This document shows positions 34,844 through 43,680 of a stretch of DNA of 47,124 nucleotides, in pieces. This DNA comes from Actinomycetota bacterium (GTDB lineage: Bacteria > Actinomycetota > Acidimicrobiia > Acidimicrobiales > Ilumatobacteraceae). The stretch's first letter is position 1; the number at the start of each line of letters is the position of its first letter. The stretch is taken from contig VGBY01000001.1 of assembly GCA_016870295.1 (NCBI GenBank), positions 1 through 47,124 of the forward strand. The letters are read 5' to 3'. The notes under the pieces are model-generated. The model did not search any database. It had not been told where the DNA came from and saw only the letters and a program-made list of their open reading frames with translations. Made by a program: the position numbers and the translations under genes.

Positions 34844-36750
34844 CGGCGGCCGCGAAGAAGGCCACCCGCCTCTTGGAGCGGGTGCTCGCACATTTGGAGA
34901 ACGCCGAGCACCGCGACGGGCAAGCGGAGATGGTGCGCCACGTGGCCGACACGATTGAGGCGGGCGGCACCCTCGTGATACAGGCCGGTACCGGCACGGG
35001 CAAGACCCTCGGCTACCTGATTCCGATCCTCACGGCCGGGCAAACGGCAGTTATCGCGACCTACACCAAGGCTTTACAGGATCAACTGGCGAGCGTCGAC
35101 TTGCCGATGCTGCAAGCGGTGTGTGCCGACGATGACGAATTGGCGTTCACGTGGGCGGTGCTGAAAGGTCGCAACAACTATTTGTGTCGTCAACGCGCGT
35201 CGGAAATCGAGACGGGTAGTGATCAGTTGGATTTTGATGATGTATCGGCCACCGTGCAGAGGGAGGTACGCAAACTCGTGAAGTGGGCCGACAGCACCGC
35301 GACGGGTGATTCATCCGACGTGCCGTTCGCGTTCAGTGATGGCGCATGGCGCAAGGTGAGTCTGTCGTCAGATGAGTGCCCGGGTAAGGCGAAGTGCGAT
35401 TTCGGCGAAAGTTGCTTCACCGAACTGGCGCGGGAGCGAGCACATGGTGCGAACGTCGTCGTCGTCAACTTCAGTCTCTATGGCCTCGACCTGCAACATC
35501 AACGCGAGTTCCTGCCGCCCCACGAAGTGGTCGTGTTCGACGAAGTGCATGAACTCGAAGACGTCATTAGTGATACGGCCTCCGTTGTCATCACTCCGCG
35601 CAGCATCAGTAACGCAGCGGAGGTGAGTCGTAAGGCGGTCAGCAGTCAGAAGGTCGTCAACGCGCTCGCCAAGACAGCCACGGACCTCGATGAAGTACTC
35701 CACCGGCATGTCGGGGAGCGTTTCCGCGCGGCCTTGCCGCCCGATTTGGAGACTGCTCTGCGCCAGACCGCTGATCAATCGCGGCTCATTCTTGAGCAGA
35801 TCGAATGCTCTACCGACGAGAAGCCCGAAGCACTACGCGCCGAATCGACCCTCGAACGGTTGCAGCAAGATGTGGAAAAAGTGCTCGCCAGCGCGAGCGA
35901 CATGGTGAGTTTCGTCTCCGAGAACCGCAACGCGCCCCGTTTGACCGCTGCACCGTTGCGGGTCAACGGTGTCTTGGCCCCCGTCTGGACCGATGGCGTC
36001 GCCATCTTGACGAGCGCCACCATCCCACCGGGACTGCCGCGGCGTCTCGGGCTGGGAATCGAGGCCGACGACATCGTGCACGTAGCCAGCCCGTTCGATT
36101 ATCGGCGGCAGTCGCTCTTGTACCTCGCCAACGACCTGCCCGAACCGAACGCGCCAGATCGCAGCGACGCCGTGCATCGTCGCATCGCTGAACTCGTCAC
36201 GATGTCGAACGGCTCGGCACTCGTGCTGTTCACGAGTTGGTCGGCGTTGCATGCCGCGGTTGATTCACTGCGCGGAAACCTCGGCGATGGCATCGAGTTG
36301 TTGGTGCAAGACGACATGCCCAAGAAGATGCTGCTCGATAGTTTCCGGGACAATATTCGCTCCTGCCTCTTTGCCACGCGCGGTTACTTCCAGGGTGTCG
36401 ATGTACCGGGCGACGCGCTGCGCTTGGTCATCATCGACAAGGTGCCGTTCCCCGCTCTCAAGGATCCGCTGCTCGATGCTCGCCGCGAGCAAGTCGGCAA
36501 GGAGTCGTTCGTCGCGATTGATGTGCCGATTGCTGCAGCTTCACTGGCTCAGGCCGCCGGCCGTCTCATTCGCACCAGCACCGACCACGGAGTCGTAGCC
36601 ATCCTCGACCCACGACTCGCCACGCGTCGCTACAAGTCGTTGGTGCTGCATGGTGTGTCGCACATGCCCGAGACCAGTTCATTGGCCGAAGTTGAAGAGT
36701 TTTACATCAAGCGCCAGGCAGAAAGCGATAGCCAAGACCACGATTCGTGA
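34840..36750 (+). CDS. dinG: ATP-dependent DNA helicase, DinG/XPD (Rad3) family with an Fe-S cluster domain
   Basis: Walker A AGTGTGKT, DEVH box (VVFDEVHELED), four Cys in the Fe-S insertion (NYLCRQ; DECPGKAKCDFGESCF), and C-terminal helicase motifs (QAAGRLIR). 636 aa. Confidence 0.85.
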   Translation: MTAAAKKATRLLERVLAHLENAEHRDGQAEMVRHVADTIEAGGTLVIQAGTGTGKTLGYLIPILTAGQTAVIATYTKALQDQLASVDLPMLQAVCADDDELAFTWAVLKGRNNYLCRQRASEIETGSDQLDFDDVSATVQREVRKLVKWADSTATGDSSDVPFAFSDGAWRKVSLSSDECPGKAKCDFGESCFTELARERAHGANVVVVNFSLYGLDLQHQREFLPPHEVVVFDEVHELEDVISDTASVVITPRSISNAAEVSRKAVSSQKVVNALAKTATDLDEVLHRHVGERFRAALPPDLETALRQTADQSRLILEQIECSTDEKPEALRAESTLERLQQDVEKVLASASDMVSFVSENRNAPRLTAAPLRVNGVLAPVWTDGVAILTSATIPPGLPRRLGLGIEADDIVHVASPFDYRRQSLLYLANDLPEPNAPDRSDAVHRRIAELVTMSNGSALVLFTSWSALHAAVDSLRGNLGDGIELLVQDDMPKKMLLDSFRDNIRSCLFATRGYFQGVDVPGDALRLVIIDKVPFPALKDPLLDARREQVGKESFVAIDVPIAAASLAQAAGRLIRTSTDHGVVAILDPRLATRRYKSLVLHGVSHMPETSSLAEVEEFYIKRQAESDSQDHDS

Positions 36751-37396
36751 TGATGTAGCGCGGATCGTTGGGCGAATCCTCGATCTTCACGCGCAGGCGC
36801 CGAATGTGCGCATCGACCAGCCGGCTATCACCGAGATAGTCGTAGCCCCACACACGCTCGAGTAGTTGATCGCGACTCAACACCATGTTCGGGTGGTCGG
36901 CGAACTCAATGAGCAAGCGCAGTTCGGTCTTCGTCAGTGGTACTTCGACGCCGGCCTTCTTTACGATGCCCGCCTCGCGATGCAACTCGATGTCTCCGAA
37001 TCGCGAGACATCGAGTGAGCGTCCCGATACTTCCCGCACGAGCCTCCGCAGGGCGGCTCGAATACGTGCCGCCAGCTCCTTGGTGTTGACCGGCTTCGTG
37101 ACATAGTCGTCGGCGCCGGCTTCGAGCCCAGCCACGAGATCGTGCGTGTCGGTTTGGGCAGTAACGATGATGATCGGCACATTGCTCTTCTGGCGGATTT
37201 CGCGACAGACCTCGAATCCCGATACATCGGGTAGTCGCAAGTCGAGCAGTACGAGGTCGGGCTGTTCGCTGGCGGCCAGCGAGAGACCCGTGCGGCCGTC
37301 GGGGGCCTGCATGATGTCGTAGCCCTCGTCCTCCAGCGCCAGGCTGAGCGCCGCGCGGATACCGGCGTCGTCTTCAACGAGAAGTACTTGTGCCAT
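36707..37396 (-). CDS. OmpR/PhoB-family response regulator (MtrA-like)
   Basis: True start MAQVLLVEDD at 37396. REC motifs DLVLLDLRLPD and a winged-helix output domain (RVWGYDYLGDSRLVDAHIRRLRVKIE...RGLGYRF). The 3' end overlaps the convergent dinG by 44 nt. Confidence 0.88.
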   Translation of the reverse strand: MAQVLLVEDDAGIRAALSLALEDEGYDIMQAPDGRTGLSLAASEQPDLVLLDLRLPDVSGFEVCREIRQKSNVPIIIVTAQTDTHDLVAGLEAGADDYVTKPVNTKELAARIRAALRRLVREVSGRSLDVSRFGDIELHREAGIVKKAGVEVPLTKTELRLLIEFADHPNMVLSRDQLLERVWGYDYLGDSRLVDAHIRRLRVKIEDSPNDPRYIITNRGLGYRFLPGA

Positions 37397-37556
37397 CGCG
37401 AAGCATTCTGCCAAAGAAATCCGAATCGTTACACAAAACGCACAGTTCGACAGGCTTGCCGTCATCTTGTGCGATAACTGTGGTGAGCGAGTCGGCGCGG
37501 GTCATGCTCCCCCTTGGCCCCGCCGGCTCGACATTCTCGTAAGCCATGCTTGATGT
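37397..37556. promoter_or_regulatory. Divergent promoter region between the response regulator and sensor kinase genes
   Basis: At 160 nt this is the largest intergenic gap in the window. It is visibly less GC-rich (aaagaaatccgaatcgttacacaaaacgcacagttcgacagg). A CAGAAT -10-like hexamer lies 10 nt upstream of the regulator ATG. No promoter was rigorously mapped. Confidence 0.3.
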
Positions 37557-38969
37557 GTGGCTGCCTCGCCTGAGACCCTCACTCCGCGCGGCCGGGTTGC
37601 CCTGCGCCCGGGCTTGCGCACACGGATGGTGGTCTACTTCTCGTTGGCGACGTTCATCGGAGTGGTCATTCTCAGCATCGTCACCTTCGCCGCGACGCGC
37701 AATTACCTCGTCAACAAAGCGACGTCGTCGGCTCGCGACCAGGCGATTGCCAACGCACAGTTGGTGCGCACGCTCGTGGGCGCCAACCGTGTCGACGCCG
37801 GCGAGTTCGTCACGGATTTGCGCACACAGCCTGGCGGATATGCAGTGCTGCATCTTGGCGAAGAGAACCTCTTCTATGCGCAGGCGCCGCTGCGATTCAC
37901 CCAGTCAAACCTGCCGACCACGTTCGTACGAGACGCACTGGCCGGTGTCAGCGGGGTGCAGCGTGTCGACTTCCGCGGACGGCCATACGAAGCCGTCGCA
38001 ATCCATGTTCCCGCGATTGATGCAACGTACTTTGAGGTGTTTCCAATTGACGATGTCGCGGACACGCTCGGCACGATTCGCTCGACTCTCGTCGTAGCGG
38101 TGCTCGCCATCACGGTCGTCGCCGGCGTTCTCGGCTTCTTGTTCAGCGGCAGTGTGTTGGTGCCGCTACGACGCGTCACAGAGGCTGCAACGACGATCGC
38201 CGGAGGTTCCCTCGCCACACGCCTCGAGCCTGAGATCGACCCCGATCTGCAGCGCCTGGTGGCCAGCTTCAACGGTATGGCGGATGCCGTGCAAGAACGC
38301 ATCGAGCGGGAGGAACGCTTCGCGAGCGACGTCAGCCACGAATTGCGCTCGCCCATCACCTCGCTCGGTGCCGCGGTCGAAGTGCTGAAAGGTCGCGCCG
38401 AGGAACTTTCCGAGCGGAATCGCCAGGCGCTCGACATCATCGCGACACAGGTTCGTCGGTTCGATCGCACCGTGCTGGACTTGCTCGAACTCAGTCGGCT
38501 GGATGCACGGGCCGGGCAAGACAACCAGGAAGAACTGCACCTTGCGGCGCTTGTCGAGCGAATCGCCAGTCGACATGGCTACGGCTCGATTCTCGTGGTG
38601 TCGGACCTCGGCAGTGAGGACACCGTGTATCTGGATCGTCGGCGCGTCGAGCGCATCTTGTTGAACCTCTTGGACAATGCCCGTGACCACGCCGGCGGTG
38701 CGTCGGAGATTCTGTTGAGTAGCGACGACGACGGGAACTACCTCTTGATTGTCGACGACAACGGACCCGGTATCGGGGTGAGCGAGCGATTGCGGATCTT
38801 CGAACGCTTCGCCCGTGGCACTGGGTCGCGCAACAGCGTGGGCAGCGGATTGGGCTTGGCGATCGTTGCTGAACATGCCCTCGCCCTCGGGGGTCGCGCA
38901 TATGTGGATACGTCACCGAGTGGTGGTGCCAGATTCGTCGTCGTCATTCCGGCCAGGGGTACGCCGTGA
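37557..38969 (+). CDS. Sensor histidine kinase (MtrB-like; two TM segments, HAMP, HisKA, HATPase)
   Basis: H-box FASDVSHELRSPITSL, N-box LLNLLDNA, G-boxes DDNGPGI and GSGLGLAIV, and a HAMP segment before the H-box. GTG start at 37557 (alternative ATG at 37626). 4-nt overlap with the downstream lipoprotein gene. Confidence 0.88.
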   Translation: MAASPETLTPRGRVALRPGLRTRMVVYFSLATFIGVVILSIVTFAATRNYLVNKATSSARDQAIANAQLVRTLVGANRVDAGEFVTDLRTQPGGYAVLHLGEENLFYAQAPLRFTQSNLPTTFVRDALAGVSGVQRVDFRGRPYEAVAIHVPAIDATYFEVFPIDDVADTLGTIRSTLVVAVLAITVVAGVLGFLFSGSVLVPLRRVTEAATTIAGGSLATRLEPEIDPDLQRLVASFNGMADAVQERIEREERFASDVSHELRSPITSLGAAVEVLKGRAEELSERNRQALDIIATQVRRFDRTVLDLLELSRLDARAGQDNQEELHLAALVERIASRHGYGSILVVSDLGSEDTVYLDRRRVERILLNLLDNARDHAGGASEILLSSDDDGNYLLIVDDNGPGIGVSERLRIFERFARGTGSRNSVGSGLGLAIVAEHALALGGRAYVDTSPSGGARFVVVIPARGTP

Positions 38970-39592
38970 GCCGGCGAGCAACGACCCTGAGCACCGCGCT
39001 ACTTCTCGCACTTGCGGCGTGCGGCGTGCCAGAGGAGGGGCGCTTCGTCACCTTGGCACCGGGCGAAGTGCCCGAAGCCCTGCTCGTTACGACGACGACC
39101 ACGTCCACCACCACGACGATTCCCGCCCCGACCGAGGTCACCACTACCACCGTCGCCGAGGTGTTGTTCGACAACGTGGAGTTGTACTTCGTCAGCGCCA
39201 ACCGTGTCGTGCGATCCGAACGCAGAATCATCAGCCCCGCTACGCCAACCCAGGTGCTCGACACCCTGCTCACCGGTCTCGATGCGCAGCCCGAGAGTGC
39301 TGGCCTGCGCAGCGCCCTGCCTCGCGGATTGACGGCGACCATCGAGGTGCGTCGTGGCGTGGCGCGGATCGCCTCCACTGCCCCGTTCTTGTCAGAGTTG
39401 GAGCCACTCGACCAGCGTTTGGCAATCGCCCAACTGGTGCTCACGCTCACCCGACGACCCGGGATCGGACAGGTGATTTTCAGCGTTGACGGAGAAGACA
39501 TCTCGATTCCCCGCGGTGGTGGCGACTTGACGGCCCCCGGCGTGGCGGTGACCTACGACGACTATCTCGCGGTGTTGTCCACGCGCGACTAG
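38966..39592 (+). CDS. GerMN-domain lipoprotein (short LpqB-like protein lacking a beta-propeller region)
   Basis: Lipobox LLLALAACG. Thr-rich linker TTTTTSTTTTIPAPTEVTTTTV. GerMN-like domain (VELYFVS...PTQVLDTLLTGL...GVARI...LAIAQLVLTLTRRPGIGQVIFSVDGE). 208 aa. Translationally coupled to the kinase gene. Confidence 0.7.
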   Translation: MSRRATTLSTALLLALAACGVPEEGRFVTLAPGEVPEALLVTTTTTSTTTTIPAPTEVTTTTVAEVLFDNVELYFVSANRVVRSERRIISPATPTQVLDTLLTGLDAQPESAGLRSALPRGLTATIEVRRGVARIASTAPFLSELEPLDQRLAIAQLVLTLTRRPGIGQVIFSVDGEDISIPRGGGDLTAPGVAVTYDDYLAVLSTRD

Positions 39593-39620
39593 CGACGATT
39601 TCTCGTCTCGCAAGTTGGCG

Positions 39621-40460
39621 TTAGTACCCGAGTCGTTCGATCCGATCGGGTCTGTTCTGCCACCCGTCGTCGACGACCACGTGCAGTTCGAGGTATGCAC
39701 CGTCAGCCAGCTGCTTGCGTACGGCGATACCTACCTGTTTCAGCATCGCGCCGCCCTTGCCGATCACCATCCCTTTTTGGCTTTCACGCTCGACGATGAT
39801 CTCGCAACGAATACGTGGCCACTCATATTCGGTGACCCGCGTCGCGATGGAGTACGGAAGTTCCTCGCGCATTTCCCACAGCAACTGTTCGCGCACGAGT
39901 TCAGCGACCCAAGCCGTATCCGGGGTTTCACGAATCACGTCGGCGGGATACAACGCTTCCCCTTCGGGTAGATGCGAGGCCAACCAGTCGACGAGCACCG
40001 GTACGCCGTCGCCGGTCTTTGCCGACACAGGAAAGTAGGCGATAGCGCTCAGTGCAGCCAGGGCCGACAACTGCCTGGCAATTTTGGCATGCGACGTTGC
40101 GTCGGTTTTGTTGAGGATCACGATGCTGCGGGTCATATTCAGTTGATTGGCGACGAACTGGTCCCCTCGACCGAACGTCATCGTCGCATCAACGACAAGG
40201 GCCGTTACGTCAACCTCGCGCATTGCCTCCGCAGCAGTGGCATTGACGCGTCGACCAAGTTCGCTCACCGGCTTGTGGATGCCGGGGGTGTCGACGAACA
40301 CAACTTGGGCATCGTCGCGATGCAAAATGGCCCGCACTCTGGTGCGTGTCGTCTGCGGCTTGTCCGAAACGATCGTGACTTTGCGACCACACATCGAGTT
40401 GATGAGGCTCGATTTTCCGACGTTTGGCCTCCCGACGAGGCTCACGAAACCGCTGCGCAT
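39621..40460 (-). CDS. era: GTPase Era
   Basis: G1 GRPNVGKSSL, G3 DTPG, G4 NKTD, and a C-terminal KH domain (VERESQKGMVIGKGGAMLK). 279 aa. Confidence 0.93.
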   Translation of the reverse strand: MRSGFVSLVGRPNVGKSSLINSMCGRKVTIVSDKPQTTRTRVRAILHRDDAQVVFVDTPGIHKPVSELGRRVNATAAEAMREVDVTALVVDATMTFGRGDQFVANQLNMTRSIVILNKTDATSHAKIARQLSALAALSAIAYFPVSAKTGDGVPVLVDWLASHLPEGEALYPADVIRETPDTAWVAELVREQLLWEMREELPYSIATRVTEYEWPRIRCEIIVERESQKGMVIGKGGAMLKQVGIAVRKQLADGAYLELHVVVDDGWQNRPDRIERLGY

Positions 40461-40501
40461 CCGTATGCACGCTAGTTAGCCACATCTGCCAGACTCATCG
40501 C

Positions 40502-40918
40502 ATGCTTGACCGACGCAAATGGCTGGATCGAATGCAACCGCAGACCCTGCAGATTGCGATATGGCTGTTGTACATCAACGGCTTCTTTGCGTTGGTCGAA
40601 CTCGTGGACGGTGGCGGTGTGCTGCACTATTTTCGTGTGCGGTACGCGTTCGGCTTCATCATCGGGCTCGCCATCGTCGCCGCCTACGTGCTCGGTGGCT
40701 TCCTTATGGCGAACGAACGAAAACTTGGCTGGCGTGTAGCGGTCGGGGCGGCGGCCTCGCCGTTCGTGCTCACGTTCATCGCCTACTCCCAGATCGGGGC
40801 GTCGTTACGCTTCCGCATCTTCGGGGCCAGCCTGGTTTCCTTCGCCTTTGATGTGGCCGTCCTGGCGCTGTTGTTGCACCCGCAGAGCCGCGAACACCAG
40901 CGAATCTGGTATCACTGA
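40502..40918 (+). CDS. Hypothetical integral membrane protein (about 4 TM segments)
   Basis: I trimmed the ORF to the ATG at 40502 (MLDRRKWLDRMQPQTL) because the ORF-track start at 40424 overlaps era. There are four hydrophobic segments. I recognise no family. Confidence 0.5.
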   Translation: MLDRRKWLDRMQPQTLQIAIWLLYINGFFALVELVDGGGVLHYFRVRYAFGFIIGLAIVAAYVLGGFLMANERKLGWRVAVGAAASPFVLTFIAYSQIGASLRFRIFGASLVSFAFDVAVLALLLHPQSREHQRIWYH

Positions 40919-40921
40919 GCC

Positions 40922-41386
40922 ATGGCAAAAACGATCATGAGGGGCGCCGCGGGCGTCAAGGCACACGTCGGTCAGCACCTCGGCTATAGCGACTACGTCA
41001 CCGTGACACAGGAGATGGTGAACACCTTCGCCGACGCGACGGGTGACCATCAGTGGATTCACGTTGATGTTGAAAAGGCCAAGCAAGGCCCGTTCGGCGC
41101 ACCCATCGCTCACGGATACCTCACGCTCTCGCTCGGTCCGTCGTTGCTACCGCAGATTTACGGCATTGAAGGTGCGGTCATGGGCGTGAACTACGGTGCC
41201 AACAAGATTCGTTTTCCTTCGCCGGTGCCGGTCGGCTCGCGACTCCGCGTCGGCGCGAAACTGCTCAATGTGGAAGACATCGCGGGTGGTGTGCAGATGA
41301 CGCTCGAGGCAACCTTCGAAATCGAGAACGCCAAGAAGCCGAGCTGCGTCGCGGAACTCGTCTTCCGCACCTACTTCGCCTCGTAA
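40922..41386 (+). CDS. MaoC-like (R)-specific enoyl-CoA hydratase/dehydratase (hot-dog fold)
   Basis: Motif FADATGDHQWIHVD...PIAHGYLTLSL. 154 aa. Confidence 0.82.
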   Translation: MAKTIMRGAAGVKAHVGQHLGYSDYVTVTQEMVNTFADATGDHQWIHVDVEKAKQGPFGAPIAHGYLTLSLGPSLLPQIYGIEGAVMGVNYGANKIRFPSPVPVGSRLRVGAKLLNVEDIAGGVQMTLEATFEIENAKKPSCVAELVFRTYFAS

Positions 41387-41438
41387 CGGCTCGTCGTTTT
41401 CGCCTCCTAGCCGTTCGTCGTGACTCGAGAACCGCTTC

Positions 41439-42401
41439 CTAGCGGAAGTTCTTGGCCACGCCCGCAAAGAGATCGAGCGTGGTGGTCTCCGGGTAATCGG
41501 CGCACCACGGCACGAAACCGACGCAGCCAAGCGCCCGGTAGGCGGCGATCTTTTCACTGACCTGCTCTGGCGTGCCGACGAGTGAAGTGGCCTTCCATTG
41601 TTCCAACGGATGGCCCCACAGACTGCGTGAGCCCGCTCGTGTTAGTTCGGCTTCCGTCTCGCGCATGAATATCTCGGGCGACCACGTGAGTTGAATCTCG
41701 TCGAAGTTGCGTCCGACGTCTCGGCAATGGTCGGCAAGGATCGCCTTCTTGCGCTTGAAATCGTCGATCGTGCCCCCGAAGTTCGCGTAGTCGGCATGAC
41801 GCGCCACCACTCGCAACGTAAGTTGCTCGCCACCACCGCCAATCCAGATCGGTGGTCGCGGCCTTTGCACCGGCTTGGGGTCACAGTTGCCCCGCTCCAG
41901 GGTGTAGTACTTGCCGTGATAGGTCGTCTCTTTCTCTGACCACATCGACTTCACGATTTCCACGCACTCCCGCAACATCGCGATGCGCTCCTTTGGAACG
42001 GGGAACGGATAACCGTAACCCTTGCACTCGTTTTCGTACCAGCCGGCGCCAATCCCCCAATCCAGTCGCCCGCCACTGATGACATCGACGGTTGACGTGA
42101 TTTTCGCCAGCAGCGCTGGTTCGCGGTAAAGATTGCAGCCGACCATCTGCCCGAGCCGAATTCGCGAGGTGCGCTGACTGATGGCAGCAATCGTGGTCCA
42201 GCACTCGAATACCGCCTCGTGGGCGGGCTTGGGCACGTTGTGAAAGTGGTCGTACACCCAGATCGAATCGAAGCCGAGTTGTTCGGCGCGCACCGCGATC
42301 TCCACGGCCTTGGCCCACTTCGCCTGGTCATCGGGGATGCCGGCAAGTTCCATCTTCCAGCCTTGGGGCATGAAGACCCCGAAGATCGGTGCGGTGCTCA
42401 C
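41439..42401 (-). CDS. Luciferase-like monooxygenase family oxidoreductase, probably F420-dependent
   Basis: N-terminus FGVFMPQGW...AE.LGFDSIWVYDHF, and the TIM-barrel LLM pattern (GGRLDWGIGAGW). GTG start overlaps the upstream acyl-CoA dehydrogenase stop (GTGA). F420 dependence is inferred from family resemblance only. Confidence 0.7.
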   Translation of the reverse strand: MSTAPIFGVFMPQGWKMELAGIPDDQAKWAKAVEIAVRAEQLGFDSIWVYDHFHNVPKPAHEAVFECWTTIAAISQRTSRIRLGQMVGCNLYREPALLAKITSTVDVISGGRLDWGIGAGWYENECKGYGYPFPVPKERIAMLRECVEIVKSMWSEKETTYHGKYYTLERGNCDPKPVQRPRPPIWIGGGGEQLTLRVVARHADYANFGGTIDDFKRKKAILADHCRDVGRNFDEIQLTWSPEIFMRETEAELTRAGSRSLWGHPLEQWKATSLVGTPEQVSEKIAAYRALGCVGFVPWCADYPETTTLDLFAGVAKNFR

Positions 42402-43618
42402 AATGGCAAGTCTCCTGTCGCTGTCTTGGTCGTGCCGTGATCCTTGTAGGCGGCAATCGTCCGCTGGGCGATGCGCATCTGGTGAATCTCATCGGCGCCG
42501 TCAGCAAAGCGACTCCAACGGGCCTGCTGCAGCATGTGCGCGAGCGGAGTGTCGTTGGAGTATCCGAGCGCTCCGTGCACCTGAATCGCTCGGTCGATGA
42601 TCTGCCACAGGCTGTTAGCAACGAAGTGCTTGGCCATGGACACTTCTGACGTGAACGGCAGACCTTTCTCGATCTTGAACGCGGCATGCAGCACCATCAG
42701 TTTGCACTGGTAGAGCTCCATCGCCGAGTCGGCGATCAACCATTGGATACCTTGCTTCTCCGCAAGGATCGAACCATGTGAATAACGGTTCAGCGCACGA
42801 TCAACCATCATGTCGAGGGCCGTCTCTGCCTGACCAATCCAACGCATGCAGTGCGCCAGTCGTGCTGGCCCGAGTCGGTACTGGCCGAGCAAGTGGCCCT
42901 GACCGCGACCGCCCAACATCTGGCGGTTGTGCACGCGGAGATCCTTGATTTCAATTTCGCAATGATTGTGTCCGCCCGACATCGTTTCGATGTCGCGCAC
43001 GATATTGAATCCTTCGCTCGGGATGTCAACCAGGAAGCACGAGTTTGCGGCTTGTGGCATCTCCGGGTCGTCTTCCGTGCGGGCCACGAGCAGCGCAAAC
43101 TGTGCCCCGCGCGCCCCGGAGATGAACCACTTGTGCCCGTTGATCACCCATTCGTCGCCGTCTTGATATGCATGGGTACGAATCAGTGTCGGGTCACTCC
43201 CCGCGACCTCGGGTTCGGTCATTGCAAAACACGAGCGCGCCATCCCTTCACAGAGCGGCCGCAAGTACTTTTCCTTCTGTTCGGGCGTGGCCCAGTGCAA
43301 CAAGGTGTGCTGGTTGCCCTCATCAGGCGCTTGCGCGTTCAGCACGAATGGACCAATGCCAACCTTCGCCGCCTCGGCCGAAACGGCGGCCATGGCCGTT
43401 GGACCAAGTCCCATACCACCCCACTCGGCAGGCATGTGGGGCAACCAAAGTTTCACCTCGTCGCGCGCTTTCTTGCGCAGCTCAACGATTGCTTTCACCA
43501 CCTGCTTGCGGTCGCCTTGGTCGATGGAGTCCCAACGGGGTCGCACTGCTTCATCCATAAACGACCGCACGCGCAACCGCACGTCTTCTACTTCGGGCGG
43601 GAAGGTGAAGTCGATCAT
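42398..43618 (-). CDS. Acyl-CoA dehydrogenase
   Basis: I chose the start MIDFTFPPEVEDVR at 43618. ACAD N/M/C domain pattern (CFAMTEP..AGSD, KWFISGA, and the C-terminal QVHGALGYSND...IADGADEI motif). Confidence 0.85.
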   Translation of the reverse strand: MIDFTFPPEVEDVRLRVRSFMDEAVRPRWDSIDQGDRKQVVKAIVELRKKARDEVKLWLPHMPAEWGGMGLGPTAMAAVSAEAAKVGIGPFVLNAQAPDEGNQHTLLHWATPEQKEKYLRPLCEGMARSCFAMTEPEVAGSDPTLIRTHAYQDGDEWVINGHKWFISGARGAQFALLVARTEDDPEMPQAANSCFLVDIPSEGFNIVRDIETMSGGHNHCEIEIKDLRVHNRQMLGGRGQGHLLGQYRLGPARLAHCMRWIGQAETALDMMVDRALNRYSHGSILAEKQGIQWLIADSAMELYQCKLMVLHAAFKIEKGLPFTSEVSMAKHFVANSLWQIIDRAIQVHGALGYSNDTPLAHMLQQARWSRFADGADEIHQMRIAQRTIAAYKDHGTTKTATGDLPL

Positions 43619-43680
43619 GTGACCAGTGTGCCTGACGAAACGCGCGAACGACGAGGCGAGCCCACCGTAGCCTTGCCGTA

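Noticed and set aside
34593-34958. An alternative frame across the uppS/dinG junction that contains ...ARTFGERR. This could hint at a frameshifted RxG tail for UppS.
   Set aside because: The RTFG string lies about 15 codons past the expected position and well inside the conserved DinG N-terminus. The frame has no other UppS-like sequence, so it is most likely coincidence. It is listed as a check under the main finding.
39090-39150. An ACC/ACG-rich repetitive tract that looked like a short tandem DNA repeat.
   Set aside because: It is the in-frame poly-threonine linker of the GerMN lipoprotein. It is imperfect at the nucleotide level and is not a structured repeat array.
41387-41438. Possible bidirectional terminators between convergent MaoC and LLM, and at 39593-39620 between the lipoprotein gene and era.
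   Set aside because: Only 5-bp imperfect stems (cttcc/ggaag and gacga/tcgtc) are present, with no U-tracts. This is too weak to annotate.
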